The notes beneath the pieces are model-generated. The model was not told where the DNA came from. It worked only from the letters and a program-made list of their open reading frames with translations, and made no database searches. From IMG/VR virus record IMGVR_UViG_3300008113_000099, positions 1 through 54,814 of that record: a DNA stretch of 54,814 bases; one strand, given 5' to 3'. How positions within the stretch are numbered: position 1 is the first letter of the stretch; every line of letters begins with the position of its first letter. Positions 16,509-25,711 of this stretch are shown here, piece by piece. Both the position numbers and the translations under genes were made by a program. The stretch is from a virus. Taxonomy: Duplodnaviria; Caudoviricetes.

Positions 16509-16639
16509 CTACCTAATGCATTCCTCTCTTTATCTAACATCCATCTTTTACCACATCTGATGCAAAAAAGTTCTACGTGTAATTTTTGAGAGAATACTCT
16601 GTCTAAGAACACGGAACCAAGGCATCTTTTGCATCTCAT
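16454..16639 (-). CDS. Small zinc-ribbon protein
   Basis: CKRC...CIRCGKRW. Confidence 0.7.
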   Translation of the reverse strand: MRCKRCLGSVFLDRVFSQKLHVELFCIRCGKRWMLDKERNALGRWLDAKERRYLKKSGISS

Positions 16640-16647
16640 ATTAAGAC

Positions 16648-17055
16648 CTACTTATCTGAGGTCTTTTTTACAGTTGCTTTCTTAGCTGTAGTTTTCTTTG
16701 CTGTTGGCTTATTTGTCTTTGCAATGTCTGATAGAAGTGAAGCCATAGATGTTGCTTGAGCAACTGACTTATTTCCACCGCCAAATGACTTTTCCAAAAT
16801 AGCGTCTGCAGGCGTACCTCTTAGAACCAAGTTATAAATAGCTTGTGAAGTACCAAATACTAGCATAGCAGACTGAAGCGAATCTCCGCTGAATAAAGAT
16901 GCACCACTTTGGATCCATGCTGTAGCAATTCCTGCTACTGCGCTAGTCACAAGTGCCAGTGTGCTCTTTGTCTTTGCTGACATTCTTACTGTCTTAATTA
17001 GAGATGTTGCAACAATGGTAACCAATGAGGCACCAAAAATTACTAATCCATCCAT
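16648..17055 (-). CDS. Holin-like membrane protein with Lys/Ala/Thr-rich tail
   Basis: Two to three hydrophobic segments, SQAIY motif, basic C-terminus; AAGGAG RBS. Confidence 0.6.
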   Translation of the reverse strand: MDGLVIFGASLVTIVATSLIKTVRMSAKTKSTLALVTSAVAGIATAWIQSGASLFSGDSLQSAMLVFGTSQAIYNLVLRGTPADAILEKSFGGGNKSVAQATSMASLLSDIAKTNKPTAKKTTAKKATVKKTSDK

Positions 17056-17078
17056 GTTTTTCTCCTTATACTGTTTGT

Positions 17079-17123
17079 GCTCTATTGCTAGAGCGTTTTA
17101 TTGCTATCGTAGTTTTGCTACGA
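17079..17123 (-). promoter_or_regulatory. Twin-hairpin leader with three TAGCAA repeats upstream of the holin-like gene
   Basis: TCGTAG-CAAAA-CTACGA and GCTCTA-GCAA-TAGAGC. Confidence 0.5.
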
Positions 17124-17127
17124 ATTC

Positions 17128-17952
17128 TTATACTGCGAACTTTTTTCCATCAACTACACAACTGTAGTCTGGAGATACGTGAATCATTTGAATGTGTGGA
17201 TAATTACCATTCTCAATATGAGCAATAGCAAATCCTTTTTGCCAGTCATGGTGTTGAGTGTACTTCATTCCTGGACCCTTTTCGTCACACATGTGACCAA
17301 TTTCATATCCACGAAGAGTTTCGCCCTTACCGTTATTTCTAAGTTCATATGTAACCATGTGAGATGCAATTCTATGAGAGTGTCCTCTAATCAATGAGAC
17401 TTGCATGTCTTCCATATCTTTTCTTACTGCTCCGCCTGATGCAATTGAAAGTCCATGGTGTACGTGTATATCTCCAAAGCGTCGTCTAGGAAGACTGTCG
17501 TAATAGATGTAGTCGTAGCCCAAAGAGTCTAGGCTCCATAAAGCTTCTGGAGTAACATGCTTTGCATACTCTGGAATCTTTTTATCCAAGTAATCAAAAA
17601 TTCTAATGTCGTGATTTCCTAGAGCAGAAAATAGTTGTGCCTTTGGAAGTATCTTTCTTGTCTTAGCATAGAACTCTCTTGCTCCGCTTGCTTCAATTCT
17701 CATGTCCTTAATCATTAACTCTAAATCATTAGTGACATCATCATTTTTATATGCCTTTAAAAACTCTGTTGGCTTACCCTCAGTATACTTACTGTAGCAT
17801 GCCTGGTCATCTGTATCTCCAAGGTAGTCTACAACGTCTGGCTTAAACCATTTCATCACCTTAAACCAAAGCTCGATCATCTTGTCATCCTGATATGGAA
17901 ACTGTTGATCTGATGAGAGCATCCATTTAAGGTCATTCTTTGCCTGTGTCAT
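17128..17952 (-). CDS. Calcineurin-like metallophosphoesterase
   Basis: SDQQ, LGDTDD, GNHD, HHG, GHSHR motifs. Confidence 0.88.
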   Translation of the reverse strand: MTQAKNDLKWMLSSDQQFPYQDDKMIELWFKVMKWFKPDVVDYLGDTDDQACYSKYTEGKPTEFLKAYKNDDVTNDLELMIKDMRIEASGAREFYAKTRKILPKAQLFSALGNHDIRIFDYLDKKIPEYAKHVTPEALWSLDSLGYDYIYYDSLPRRRFGDIHVHHGLSIASGGAVRKDMEDMQVSLIRGHSHRIASHMVTYELRNNGKGETLRGYEIGHMCDEKGPGMKYTQHHDWQKGFAIAHIENGNYPHIQMIHVSPDYSCVVDGKKFAV

Positions 17953-17974
17953 AAAAATCCGTTCATATATGTAG

Positions 17975-18031
17975 AAAGACGACTCTTCGTCGCCTTTATT
18001 TAATAATAATCTATTGTTTCTATTATGTCAA
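17975..18031 (-). promoter_or_regulatory. Promoter and 5' hairpin for the phosphoesterase operon
   Basis: TTGACA-17-TATTAT (18003-18031), then AAAGGCGAC-GAAGA-GTCGTCTTT hairpin (17975-17997). Confidence 0.7.
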
Positions 18032-18303
18032 GCACACTGTCTATGTGCTTTATCGTGTTCTCTTCTTGAACATATAAAAAGATTATATGTTTGATTATTT
18101 GTTTTGTCTTCGTCTATATGATGAATAGTTTCATTAGACTTAACCATTCTATCCATCTCTTTCTCTATTACTAAAACGTGTTCATAATACCAGCCTCCTG
18201 CGAAGGCTTTGGGATGTTCTGGCACCCATACAAGGATATAGCCATTACGACTAATCATAGTATTTCTTTGATGCCAGCTTTTAATCGGCTGATACCGTGT
18301 CAT
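18028..18303 (-). CDS. HNH endonuclease (HNH_3-like, free-standing)
   Basis: GYILVWVPEHP...YEHVLV...IHHIDEDKTNN...NL...EHDKAH. Confidence 0.85.
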   Translation of the reverse strand: MTRYQPIKSWHQRNTMISRNGYILVWVPEHPKAFAGGWYYEHVLVIEKEMDRMVKSNETIHHIDEDKTNNQTYNLFICSRREHDKAHRQCA

Positions 18304-18312
18304 ACTATAACT

Positions 18313-18341
18313 ATTATACTATATGTCTTTAGATACTACAA
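18313..18341 (-). promoter_or_regulatory. Promoter for the HNH gene (near-leaderless)
   Basis: TTGTAG-17-TATAAT, 9 nt before the ATG, no SD. Confidence 0.55.
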
Positions 18342-18345
18342 TCTA

Positions 18346-18813
18346 TTAAGCTGAAGGTATTTCATTTCCAATTGCTATGTATTGAATATAAAAGTTTCCA
18401 GTAGAAGATCTTGAAACCCATCCGCCTCTTACTGGAAAGTTTGTTGTAGTTGTTAATCCATTTTTATTCAAAATGGCCATTCCAGATCCAGGATTTGTTG
18501 GAGTTGCCCAGGCAATCACATGTGGAGGAGAAGAAAATGTTACTGGCTTGTTATCACGCATAAAGGGAACAGTATAATTTGCGCCAGTTCCTTTAGCTCC
18601 AAGTGACGGTGCGTTCATCAATTGATATGATCCAGTTAAAATTGTTTGTGCCACATTTGTTACCGTTGCTGTACCAGTTGATCCAGCGGGAGCTGAAGTA
18701 CTAATCGTTGGCATTGCTGCTGCAATTGTTTTAATTGCCAATACTAGTTTATTTAATTCTGCATAGTCTAATGGACTATTTGCACTAAACTCTTGTACGT
18801 CTACGCTAACCAA
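18346..18813 (-). CDS. Hypothetical protein, probably tail-associated (beta-rich C-terminus)
   Basis: VTFSSPPHV...YIQYIAIG resembles small tail-fibre beta domains. Confidence 0.6.
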   Translation of the reverse strand: MVSVDVQEFSANSPLDYAELNKLVLAIKTIAAAMPTISTSAPAGSTGTATVTNVAQTILTGSYQLMNAPSLGAKGTGANYTVPFMRDNKPVTFSSPPHVIAWATPTNPGSGMAILNKNGLTTTTNFPVRGGWVSRSSTGNFYIQYIAIGNEIPSA

Positions 18814-19231
18814 TTATCTCTACCCCTTCCTTATGAAGACCAACTTCTGCTTCGCTAACAGTAACCTTATTTGCTTCTATCCAGCCTTCTGGGAAGGCAT
18901 CTGGAGTCTTGATGTGAAGCTTTTTGTTGTCAGACACTACATATATTTTACCATCTGCAAGGTTATGAATGATTGTGCCATCTCTAAAGCCTAATATACC
19001 AGCGTATGGCATCTGAGAAATGTTCTTAAAATCAGTATCTATTGCAGACACACACCAAGAACTAAAGCACCTATCTGAATAAACCTTGTACCTTTTGCCA
19101 GATCTTATATAAAAATATCCTCTTTCTGTCTTATAAAAAAGTCCAGATATTGGATAGGCTAGGCCATTAAGTTTATTACTCTCCGTCAGTGGCTTCTGAG
19201 ATCTTTTGTAGAATTTCTTCAGAATATTCAT
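18806..19231 (-). CDS. Hypothetical protein with internal two-fold repeat
   Basis: GYFYIRSGKRYKV and GKIYVVSDNKKLHI repeats. Confidence 0.65.
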   Translation of the reverse strand: MNILKKFYKRSQKPLTESNKLNGLAYPISGLFYKTERGYFYIRSGKRYKVYSDRCFSSWCVSAIDTDFKNISQMPYAGILGFRDGTIIHNLADGKIYVVSDNKKLHIKTPDAFPEGWIEANKVTVSEAEVGLHKEGVEIIG

Positions 19232-19373
19232 CTAGGGCCTTTTCTTTTTCTGATTGGTTTATTACTGTTGTTAGCTCTGCTCTAAGCATAGCAATCTGTG
19301 TCTCATAGTTTGAGACAATCTCACCTATACGTTGCTGAAGAGCGGTAATTATAAGTTCCGCTTTTTCTATCAT
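19176..19373 (-). CDS. Small coiled-coil protein
   Basis: Heptad pattern ALQQRIGEIVSNYETQIAMLRAEL. Confidence 0.7.
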   Translation of the reverse strand: MIEKAELIITALQQRIGEIVSNYETQIAMLRAELTTVINQSEKEKALDEYSEEILQKISEATDGE

Positions 19374-19381
19374 TTATTTTC

Positions 19382-19606
19382 CTATTCTGATAATGAATCT
19401 AGCTCTGCTTTAACAACAGCTCTTTTTGCTGTTAGCCCTGAGAGTCTAGAGTTTATATTTGAGACTGCTTCCTGGTCTACTGTACCTGCATTTGCTTCCA
19501 ATAGATCAATCTCTAAATTGTAAATTCCGAAATCAATACTTTTTAGGTGTTGATTTACCACAGATAGCTTATCTGCGTTTGTTAATGTTGTGGTTGTTGT
19601 TGTCAT
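19382..19606 (-). CDS. Small helical-hairpin protein (paralog of 19660-19869)
   Basis: GAGGAG RBS; own extended -10 TGATATAAT at 19621-19629. Confidence 0.75.
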   Translation of the reverse strand: MTTTTTTLTNADKLSVVNQHLKSIDFGIYNLEIDLLEANAGTVDQEAVSNINSRLSGLTAKRAVVKAELDSLSE

Positions 19607-19659
19607 GTTTCTCCTCTATTATTATATCATATCAGACGTGCGTCTAGCAAATTGCCTAT

Positions 19660-19869
19660 TTAAGCTAAAAGCTCTTCTAGCCTACCATTTACAGCGGCTA
19701 AAGACAGGGTTTCCTCAGATTTTTGTGAGTTAAGCTCATCAATGACAATCTGTATAGGTTGAGATTTTGCCTGTTCTTCTAGAAGCAAGGTCTCAATATT
19801 ATATATTGATGTTTCAAGAACCGATATTCTTGCCCTTACAACCTCTATTTTTTGATCTTTAGTTAGCAT
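19660..19869 (-). CDS. Small helical-hairpin protein (paralog of 19382-19606)
   Basis: Start reassigned to ATG 19869 (GGGAGAAAC RBS); promoter TTGATT-17-TATACT at 19887-19915. Confidence 0.7.
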   Translation of the reverse strand: MLTKDQKIEVVRARISVLETSIYNIETLLLEEQAKSQPIQIVIDELNSQKSEETLSLAAVNGRLEELLA

Positions 19870-19917
19870 GTTTCTCCCATATCTCAAGTATAGCATTTTT
19901 AGCTAAATCAATCAACA

Positions 19918-22900
19918 CTAGACTCCAGTGTTATTAAATGCTCCAACCTGTCTGACACCTAGTCCGTCGGTATAAACCTTTCTTACTCTAACCCACCTTG
20001 GTGTATTGGCGTTTACAGATAAGGTTCTGGAGGTAGTAAATGTCCACGCTCCATAACCACTAGTAGAGCTTGTTGAGCTTATTTGCCATTCATACCCAGT
20101 TGCCGTTCCACCAGTTACTGAGCCAGTAGTCCAAGACCAGCTTCTTACTATGTTGGGGCTAGTTCCAGAAGTTCCAGTAAATGATACTGTAGGAGCTGTG
20201 GCTGAGTTAGCAACCGCATTCCATATAGCATATAGTGTAGCGTTTGCATTAAGTGTATACGACCCTTGATTTGAATAAGCTACTGATCCTGTTGATGTTG
20301 TAGCCCAACCTGCAAAGGTACAGTTAGTTCTTGTAAATGAGTTTGCTCTAAGTGTTATTGAACCATTTCCAATTGTGTCTGCCATGGTTCCAGATCCACC
20401 ATTAGCATTATAAGACAAAGTGTAATTTGTAGCTGGGTCCGATGTCCTTAAGCTATAGTTAGAAGATGCAGTATTTCCAGTTGAAGAAGTTACTGTTACC
20501 GTTCCAGTATATGTTGTTGACGCTGTTAATCCAGTTTTTGATATAGATGTACCAGTTGTTCCAGTTGCGGCAAATGTGCCGTTTGCACTAAAGCTTGCTT
20601 GATTAGTTGATGTCCAGCTAATTGTTCCTTGATTTTGACCAATTCCAGAGTTTGTAATAGCAGATATTGTTGGGATAATTGGAGTAACTGGAATATTTAT
20701 TGAATAAGTTGATGTATTAGAGTTTTTGTTTGTTGGAGTTACAAAAAGTAGGTTGTTATAATTTCCTAATCTTGCAACACCAGTATTATTTGCTCCTGAG
20801 TATGCTCGTATTCCAAGAACTCTTACAGCTCCAGCAGTTGTTACTGTATGACTAGTTGAAGTAAGGTTTGTAAGTGTTTGAGTTGTTCCGCCATCTATAT
20901 CATAATCTAGCCTATAGCTTACGGCACCTGCAACATTTCCCCAAGACATTGTTACGGTTTTAGTTGAGTTTATTGCATATACAGATCCGCTATAAGAGCT
21001 TCCTTCTGTTACTGACCAGAAGTCATTCGATACAAATCTAACATTTGTTCTAGATCCTTGTGTTCCTCCGCTAATAGAGCTTTGCCAACCTCCAGTTGCT
21101 GTTGTGTCATCTGCCCAATCAATGTTGACATTGGGAGAAGTATAGCTAGTTGTAAGGCTTGGCTGATTAGGAGTTGTAGTGCTATCAAAAATAGAAATTG
21201 AAAATTCAGCTGGGCCAGGAATAACAACAGATACATAGTTTGAGCTATATGGACCTTTATCAACATTAGGAGATGTTGCCCCTGCGGATGTTGCAGACCT
21301 AAGCCAAAAATTATAAGTCTCTCCTGCGGATGGAGTGAAGCCTGGAGTGTAAGTTACAGATCCAGGAGATGCAGGAAGAAGTCCAGAAGAATCATATCCA
21401 GTATCTACTGTGGGTGCAGTTGGAGATGTACCTCGCTCATACCACAATTGATAGTAAGGCCCAGCGCCATTAGAAAAAGTTACAATAAATGATGTTCCAT
21501 TCCAGGTTACCCCTGTTGGAGTTGGTGGTGTAAGGTCTATTGTAATTGGACCAATAGAAATTGAATAAGCACCAATGCCTTCTCCTCCAGCATTTCGTGC
21601 AAGGACGTAGCCTGATACGGTTTGTGTACTAGTGGCAGTAAAAGTATAGTTATAAGATGTAGCCGTTGTCCAACCACTATTTGCTAATGTTGTTCCATTA
21701 ATATCATTCTTAATAATATAATAATTATATTCTGTTGGGCTTTCCGACCAGGATCCACTAGTAAGTCTATAAGTAGCTCCAACTTTATTTGCATTTCCAG
21801 ATATTAATTGAAATTCTGGGTTTATTGAATTTACTGGCTTAGCAACTCCTTTAGCCAATGTTAATGTTGTTACTCCATCATCAACTTCATTCATTGTTGT
21901 TACAGATATAAAGTCTGTAGTAGGAGTGGGATTGTACGTTATTGTCTCAAAAGCAACCCCACTTTTAATAGTTATTCTGTAGGCTGTTGAGGCTGGCTTT
22001 GATGCTCCCCAAGGAACTTGCTGCTGACCATCGTATAAATAGGCATTTCCAGAAGTTCCTCCTGCGTTATTTATAACATAAAAATCTACATAATTTTGTC
22101 CTGGATAAAAATGAGCTTGATACCTATAGGTTACAGCAGTAGATGTTGCGTCGTAAAGCCTTCCAGACCAATCAACTATATACTTTGTTGTGTCAGCCCA
22201 ATACCTTAAAGTATTTTGCTTTAAATCTTTATTTAAAAAGCTTAATACGTGACCCGAAGTGCTTGTGTCAGATATTGAAGAGTTTCCAGTAGATCCAGCA
22301 AGACCGATGTATCCGTTTGTAGATACATAAATATCTTCTCCCCATTGTGGAGTTTTTTCATTTACTACTCCAACCCTAGTAGTCATATTAGTTGTAAGAA
22401 TTACTGTATTTCCAGTATATTGTGTTCCACTATTTTTTAAAGTTAGTCTAGCAAAAAGATACTTGTTTGAGTCTGAGTATCCTTTAGAATTTAATGTAGT
22501 AGGAGTATAGCTACTGGTATCATTTATTGCTGTTCCGTCACCTTCTGTTGTTGCTGTTGTTGAAGACAATGTTTGTGTTTTAACAAGAGTAGTAGAATTT
22601 AATAGAGGTGAGGTTATGCTATCTTCAGAAAACCATTCTATTGATGATTCGTACTGATCTGGTCCGTTATACCATAAATTTTGTCCAGCAATTGTTACTA
22701 CTTTAGCGGCTCCTATTGCACCAAAGCCTGGGGCGGTCATAACAAAAGTAAAATTGTTTGGAGGCTGTTTAATTATTCTAACTGGCACACTAACCTCTGA
22801 AGCGGATCCAGCAGAATTTGTCTGAGTTACTCTAAAATAAACTGAGCATCCATAAAGATATCCAGTAAGTTTATCTTTAAATCTAGTTGAGTCATTATTT

Positions 22901-23397
22901 ACTCTATCATTATAATCAGGATTAGTATTTGTAAAATTATTTAAGCTATTTGCATCTCCGTCATTATTATAGAACCAAGCATAGGATGCGGTCATAGAGG
23001 TTCCATTTCCAGAAACCCAGTCACCGTCATATCCAAATAGCATGGTTCCCATGTTATCGTCTGGATATCCTTCTACTGGTTGAGCTTCTGTTGTTCCTTG
23101 AACGTTATTAGATCTTGGTCCAGCATACTGGACTGGAGGAGCTTCAATTACAGGATTTACTGTTCCCGCAGAAGAGCTATTAGTTCTATATGTATTAAGT
23201 CTAATTTTTGGATAATCGTTTCCTGTAATAAATGGCCTATTACTTCCAGTATCAAATACTTTTTTCCAGAATCCATTATCAGACTTTACATAGGCTTTTC
23301 TTATAGCAGTCCAAGTTGTACCGCCAGTTTTGACGTACATTTTTTTGATTCTTGACCAATAGCCAGAATCACCTTTTACATAACTTTTTCCAGGCAT
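19918..23397 (-). CDS. Large tail fibre / minor tail protein with Ig/FN3-like repeats
   Basis: N-terminal YVK...W repeats; S/T/G/N-rich beta domains; Listeria-Bacteroides-repeat-like segment YTLSYNANGGSG...FAGWAT...TLYAIW. Confidence 0.75.
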   Translation of the reverse strand: MPGKSYVKGDSGYWSRIKKMYVKTGGTTWTAIRKAYVKSDNGFWKKVFDTGSNRPFITGNDYPKIRLNTYRTNSSSAGTVNPVIEAPPVQYAGPRSNNVQGTTEAQPVEGYPDDNMGTMLFGYDGDWVSGNGTSMTASYAWFYNNDGDANSLNNFTNTNPDYNDRVNNDSTRFKDKLTGYLYGCSVYFRVTQTNSAGSASEVSVPVRIIKQPPNNFTFVMTAPGFGAIGAAKVVTIAGQNLWYNGPDQYESSIEWFSEDSITSPLLNSTTLVKTQTLSSTTATTEGDGTAINDTSSYTPTTLNSKGYSDSNKYLFARLTLKNSGTQYTGNTVILTTNMTTRVGVVNEKTPQWGEDIYVSTNGYIGLAGSTGNSSISDTSTSGHVLSFLNKDLKQNTLRYWADTTKYIVDWSGRLYDATSTAVTYRYQAHFYPGQNYVDFYVINNAGGTSGNAYLYDGQQQVPWGASKPASTAYRITIKSGVAFETITYNPTPTTDFISVTTMNEVDDGVTTLTLAKGVAKPVNSINPEFQLISGNANKVGATYRLTSGSWSESPTEYNYYIIKNDINGTTLANSGWTTATSYNYTFTATSTQTVSGYVLARNAGGEGIGAYSISIGPITIDLTPPTPTGVTWNGTSFIVTFSNGAGPYYQLWYERGTSPTAPTVDTGYDSSGLLPASPGSVTYTPGFTPSAGETYNFWLRSATSAGATSPNVDKGPYSSNYVSVVIPGPAEFSISIFDSTTTPNQPSLTTSYTSPNVNIDWADDTTATGGWQSSISGGTQGSRTNVRFVSNDFWSVTEGSSYSGSVYAINSTKTVTMSWGNVAGAVSYRLDYDIDGGTTQTLTNLTSTSHTVTTAGAVRVLGIRAYSGANNTGVARLGNYNNLLFVTPTNKNSNTSTYSINIPVTPIIPTISAITNSGIGQNQGTISWTSTNQASFSANGTFAATGTTGTSISKTGLTASTTYTGTVTVTSSTGNTASSNYSLRTSDPATNYTLSYNANGGSGTMADTIGNGSITLRANSFTRTNCTFAGWATTSTGSVAYSNQGSYTLNANATLYAIWNAVANSATAPTVSFTGTSGTSPNIVRSWSWTTGSVTGGTATGYEWQISSTSSTSGYGAWTFTTSRTLSVNANTPRWVRVRKVYTDGLGVRQVGAFNNTGV

Positions 23398-23410
23398 TCT
23401 TTCTTCCTAT

Positions 23411-25711
23411 CTAGTCTGCAGTGCTAAATATAATGTCACCAATAAGACCTACATCTTTCCATATGTTTGTAGATGCTGTTGATGTAGATGTTATTGAGCT
23501 TTCTGAGGCTCCACTCTTATAAAAAGCTCTTCCAGTTGTTAGAGTACCATCAGATTTTATTATTAAAGAAACTCCTATTTCTGCATACGTATAGTTATTT
23601 ATTCCACTATATGTATAGTGTGGAGTAGTGGCTAGGTTCTCTATCTTGTACCCGCCCTTTTGTCCACTGAAAAGAATTCCTCCATCTTGTAGTACAATTT
23701 CAGATTGTGATCCTGCAGAAGATACGTTTTTAATTCTGCTAAATCCTGTTCCAGCAGAAGAAAGTGTTACTGATGGCTGAGCTCCAGTTGTTGCAGTTCT
23801 TTTTAAAGATATAGAGTTAGCTTCTGTAACGCTTGTAGTATAAATTGGAGTCCATGTTGAATAGTATCTGTTGAACCAAAAGTCGTCACCTGATCCGCCA
23901 TCATTAGTATACCCTGTAATAGTATATGTAGTTACAGTTTCTGCATCTTGATCTAAAGTAAATCCTGCTCCGCCATTGCTAAATACAATTCTGTCGTTTG
24001 AGCCATCAAGTACAAGCGGATAGGTACCGCCTGTTGAAATAGAATTTCTAAATATAGCTGTTCCATCATTAGAGAGGGCAAAGTTTGGAGTATTACTTCC
24101 AGAAGGATATGCAAATAGCCCTCCGCTATTTAAAAGAATTCTAGAATTATTCACACCTTTTGTAGTACCTAAGTAAATAGTTCCAGCTGGATTAGTTAAT
24201 CCAAGATCTGCTTCAAGCGTAGTGTTGGATGATATACTTACTGCTCCACTAATTGATAGATTAGCTCCATCCCAAGTTAATTTATTACCTAAGCTAAACT
24301 TTCCTATTCCAGCTTCATTTGCTGCATAAAATGGAGTATTAGCATTTCCATATGCTCCAGCACCTATGTATATAGACTTGTTAGTTGAATTTCCATCAAT
24401 TGTTATTGCATTGTTTGCACCAACATTCAATACTCCGACTAATGCTGTATTTGTTTTTATTCTATTTGCATCTAAGCTATCTGTTAATATGCTTGATCCA
24501 ACAATTGTATTTGAAGCAATTAAGTCACCAACAATTGTCCCAGATGTAAGAAGGTCCTGGGCAGAGGCTTTTCCTGGAGTTGCACTTACTGCAGATGAAA
24601 ATGCTCCTAAATTTCCAGTAGAATCTATTGCTCTTACTCTTACATAATATGTTGTGCCAGTTGTAAGTCCAGTAAATGAAGCAACTGTTGCTGAGCCAGA
24701 TTTGTCATATAATATGCTTGCAGGAATAAATGTATTTGCTGTTGCTAATTGAAATTGATATGTTCCTCTTCCAAGGTCCACGTCTGTTTCAGAGTTTCTG
24801 CTCCAATAAGCAATTATATTATTTAATCCAGCCACCGCTGATAATCCAGTTGGAGCTACTGGAGCAGTAGCGTCTACTGGAATTGCTGCAGAAATTGTTG
24901 ATGAAAATGTACTATTATTTACTCCATCGTTTGACGCAATCGAAAAATAGTATGTTGTTCCAGCTCTTAAATTATCAAGTCTTCCGCTAGTAACTTTTCC
25001 AAATGTCATGTATGTGTCTAGCGTTGATGCCGTTCTTCCAAACTTTACAGTGTAACCTTTTACGTCTGATGCTGCTGATGCATTCCAACTAAGTAATACA
25101 TATCCAGTATTACCAGATGGGTCTGTAGAATCATTATATCCTGTTGCCGCAAATCCCGAAGGTACATCTGGAGGAGTTTGATCTGATGCGTCTGGTGTTG
25201 TTGGAGTTGTTGATACTGCTGTAGATAAAGGGCTATAAACTAAAACTCCGTTAGAAGTCATAACGTGTCTTATCTTTACATATCTAAGTGCTAATGAGGC
25301 TCCAGTTGGAATAACAACAGAGTTTGATGTAAATGTTCCCATGCCAGAAACTGCTGGGTCTGTTAGTTGCTGAGCAGTAAAATTGCTTAATGTTATAGAT
25401 TCAAAAACTTCTGTGTATAAATAGTTTGGATACACAGATGAGCTTGGCTTTTCCCAAGCCGCAAGGTAGGAGAATGACTGAGCAGTAAGTGTGAGTGTTG
25501 GTGCTGGAAAAACTTTTGTTTCTAAGCCAGCATTTGTAAAAACTAAAGCTGGAGACAAATCTCCAACTATCTTATTGCCTTCCTCGTCTTTACCAATATA
25601 TCTTATAAAGAATCTTTCCTGTATGCCTGGAGACCTATCAGGAAGCTTTGCTATTTTATAGGATTGAGATTGTTGTGCTTTAAATAATGAATTGCCTGGT
25701 TCTAATCCCAC
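23411..25711 (-). CDS. Minor tail protein with FN3 domains (central fibre / tip)
   Basis: DQTPPDVPSG...LSW...LRAGTTYYF; GLTTGTTYYVRVRAIDSTGN. Confidence 0.8.
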   Translation of the reverse strand: MGLEPGNSLFKAQQSQSYKIAKLPDRSPGIQERFFIRYIGKDEEGNKIVGDLSPALVFTNAGLETKVFPAPTLTLTAQSFSYLAAWEKPSSSVYPNYLYTEVFESITLSNFTAQQLTDPAVSGMGTFTSNSVVIPTGASLALRYVKIRHVMTSNGVLVYSPLSTAVSTTPTTPDASDQTPPDVPSGFAATGYNDSTDPSGNTGYVLLSWNASAASDVKGYTVKFGRTASTLDTYMTFGKVTSGRLDNLRAGTTYYFSIASNDGVNNSTFSSTISAAIPVDATAPVAPTGLSAVAGLNNIIAYWSRNSETDVDLGRGTYQFQLATANTFIPASILYDKSGSATVASFTGLTTGTTYYVRVRAIDSTGNLGAFSSAVSATPGKASAQDLLTSGTIVGDLIASNTIVGSSILTDSLDANRIKTNTALVGVLNVGANNAITIDGNSTNKSIYIGAGAYGNANTPFYAANEAGIGKFSLGNKLTWDGANLSISGAVSISSNTTLEADLGLTNPAGTIYLGTTKGVNNSRILLNSGGLFAYPSGSNTPNFALSNDGTAIFRNSISTGGTYPLVLDGSNDRIVFSNGGAGFTLDQDAETVTTYTITGYTNDGGSGDDFWFNRYYSTWTPIYTTSVTEANSISLKRTATTGAQPSVTLSSAGTGFSRIKNVSSAGSQSEIVLQDGGILFSGQKGGYKIENLATTPHYTYSGINNYTYAEIGVSLIIKSDGTLTTGRAFYKSGASESSITSTSTASTNIWKDVGLIGDIIFSTAD

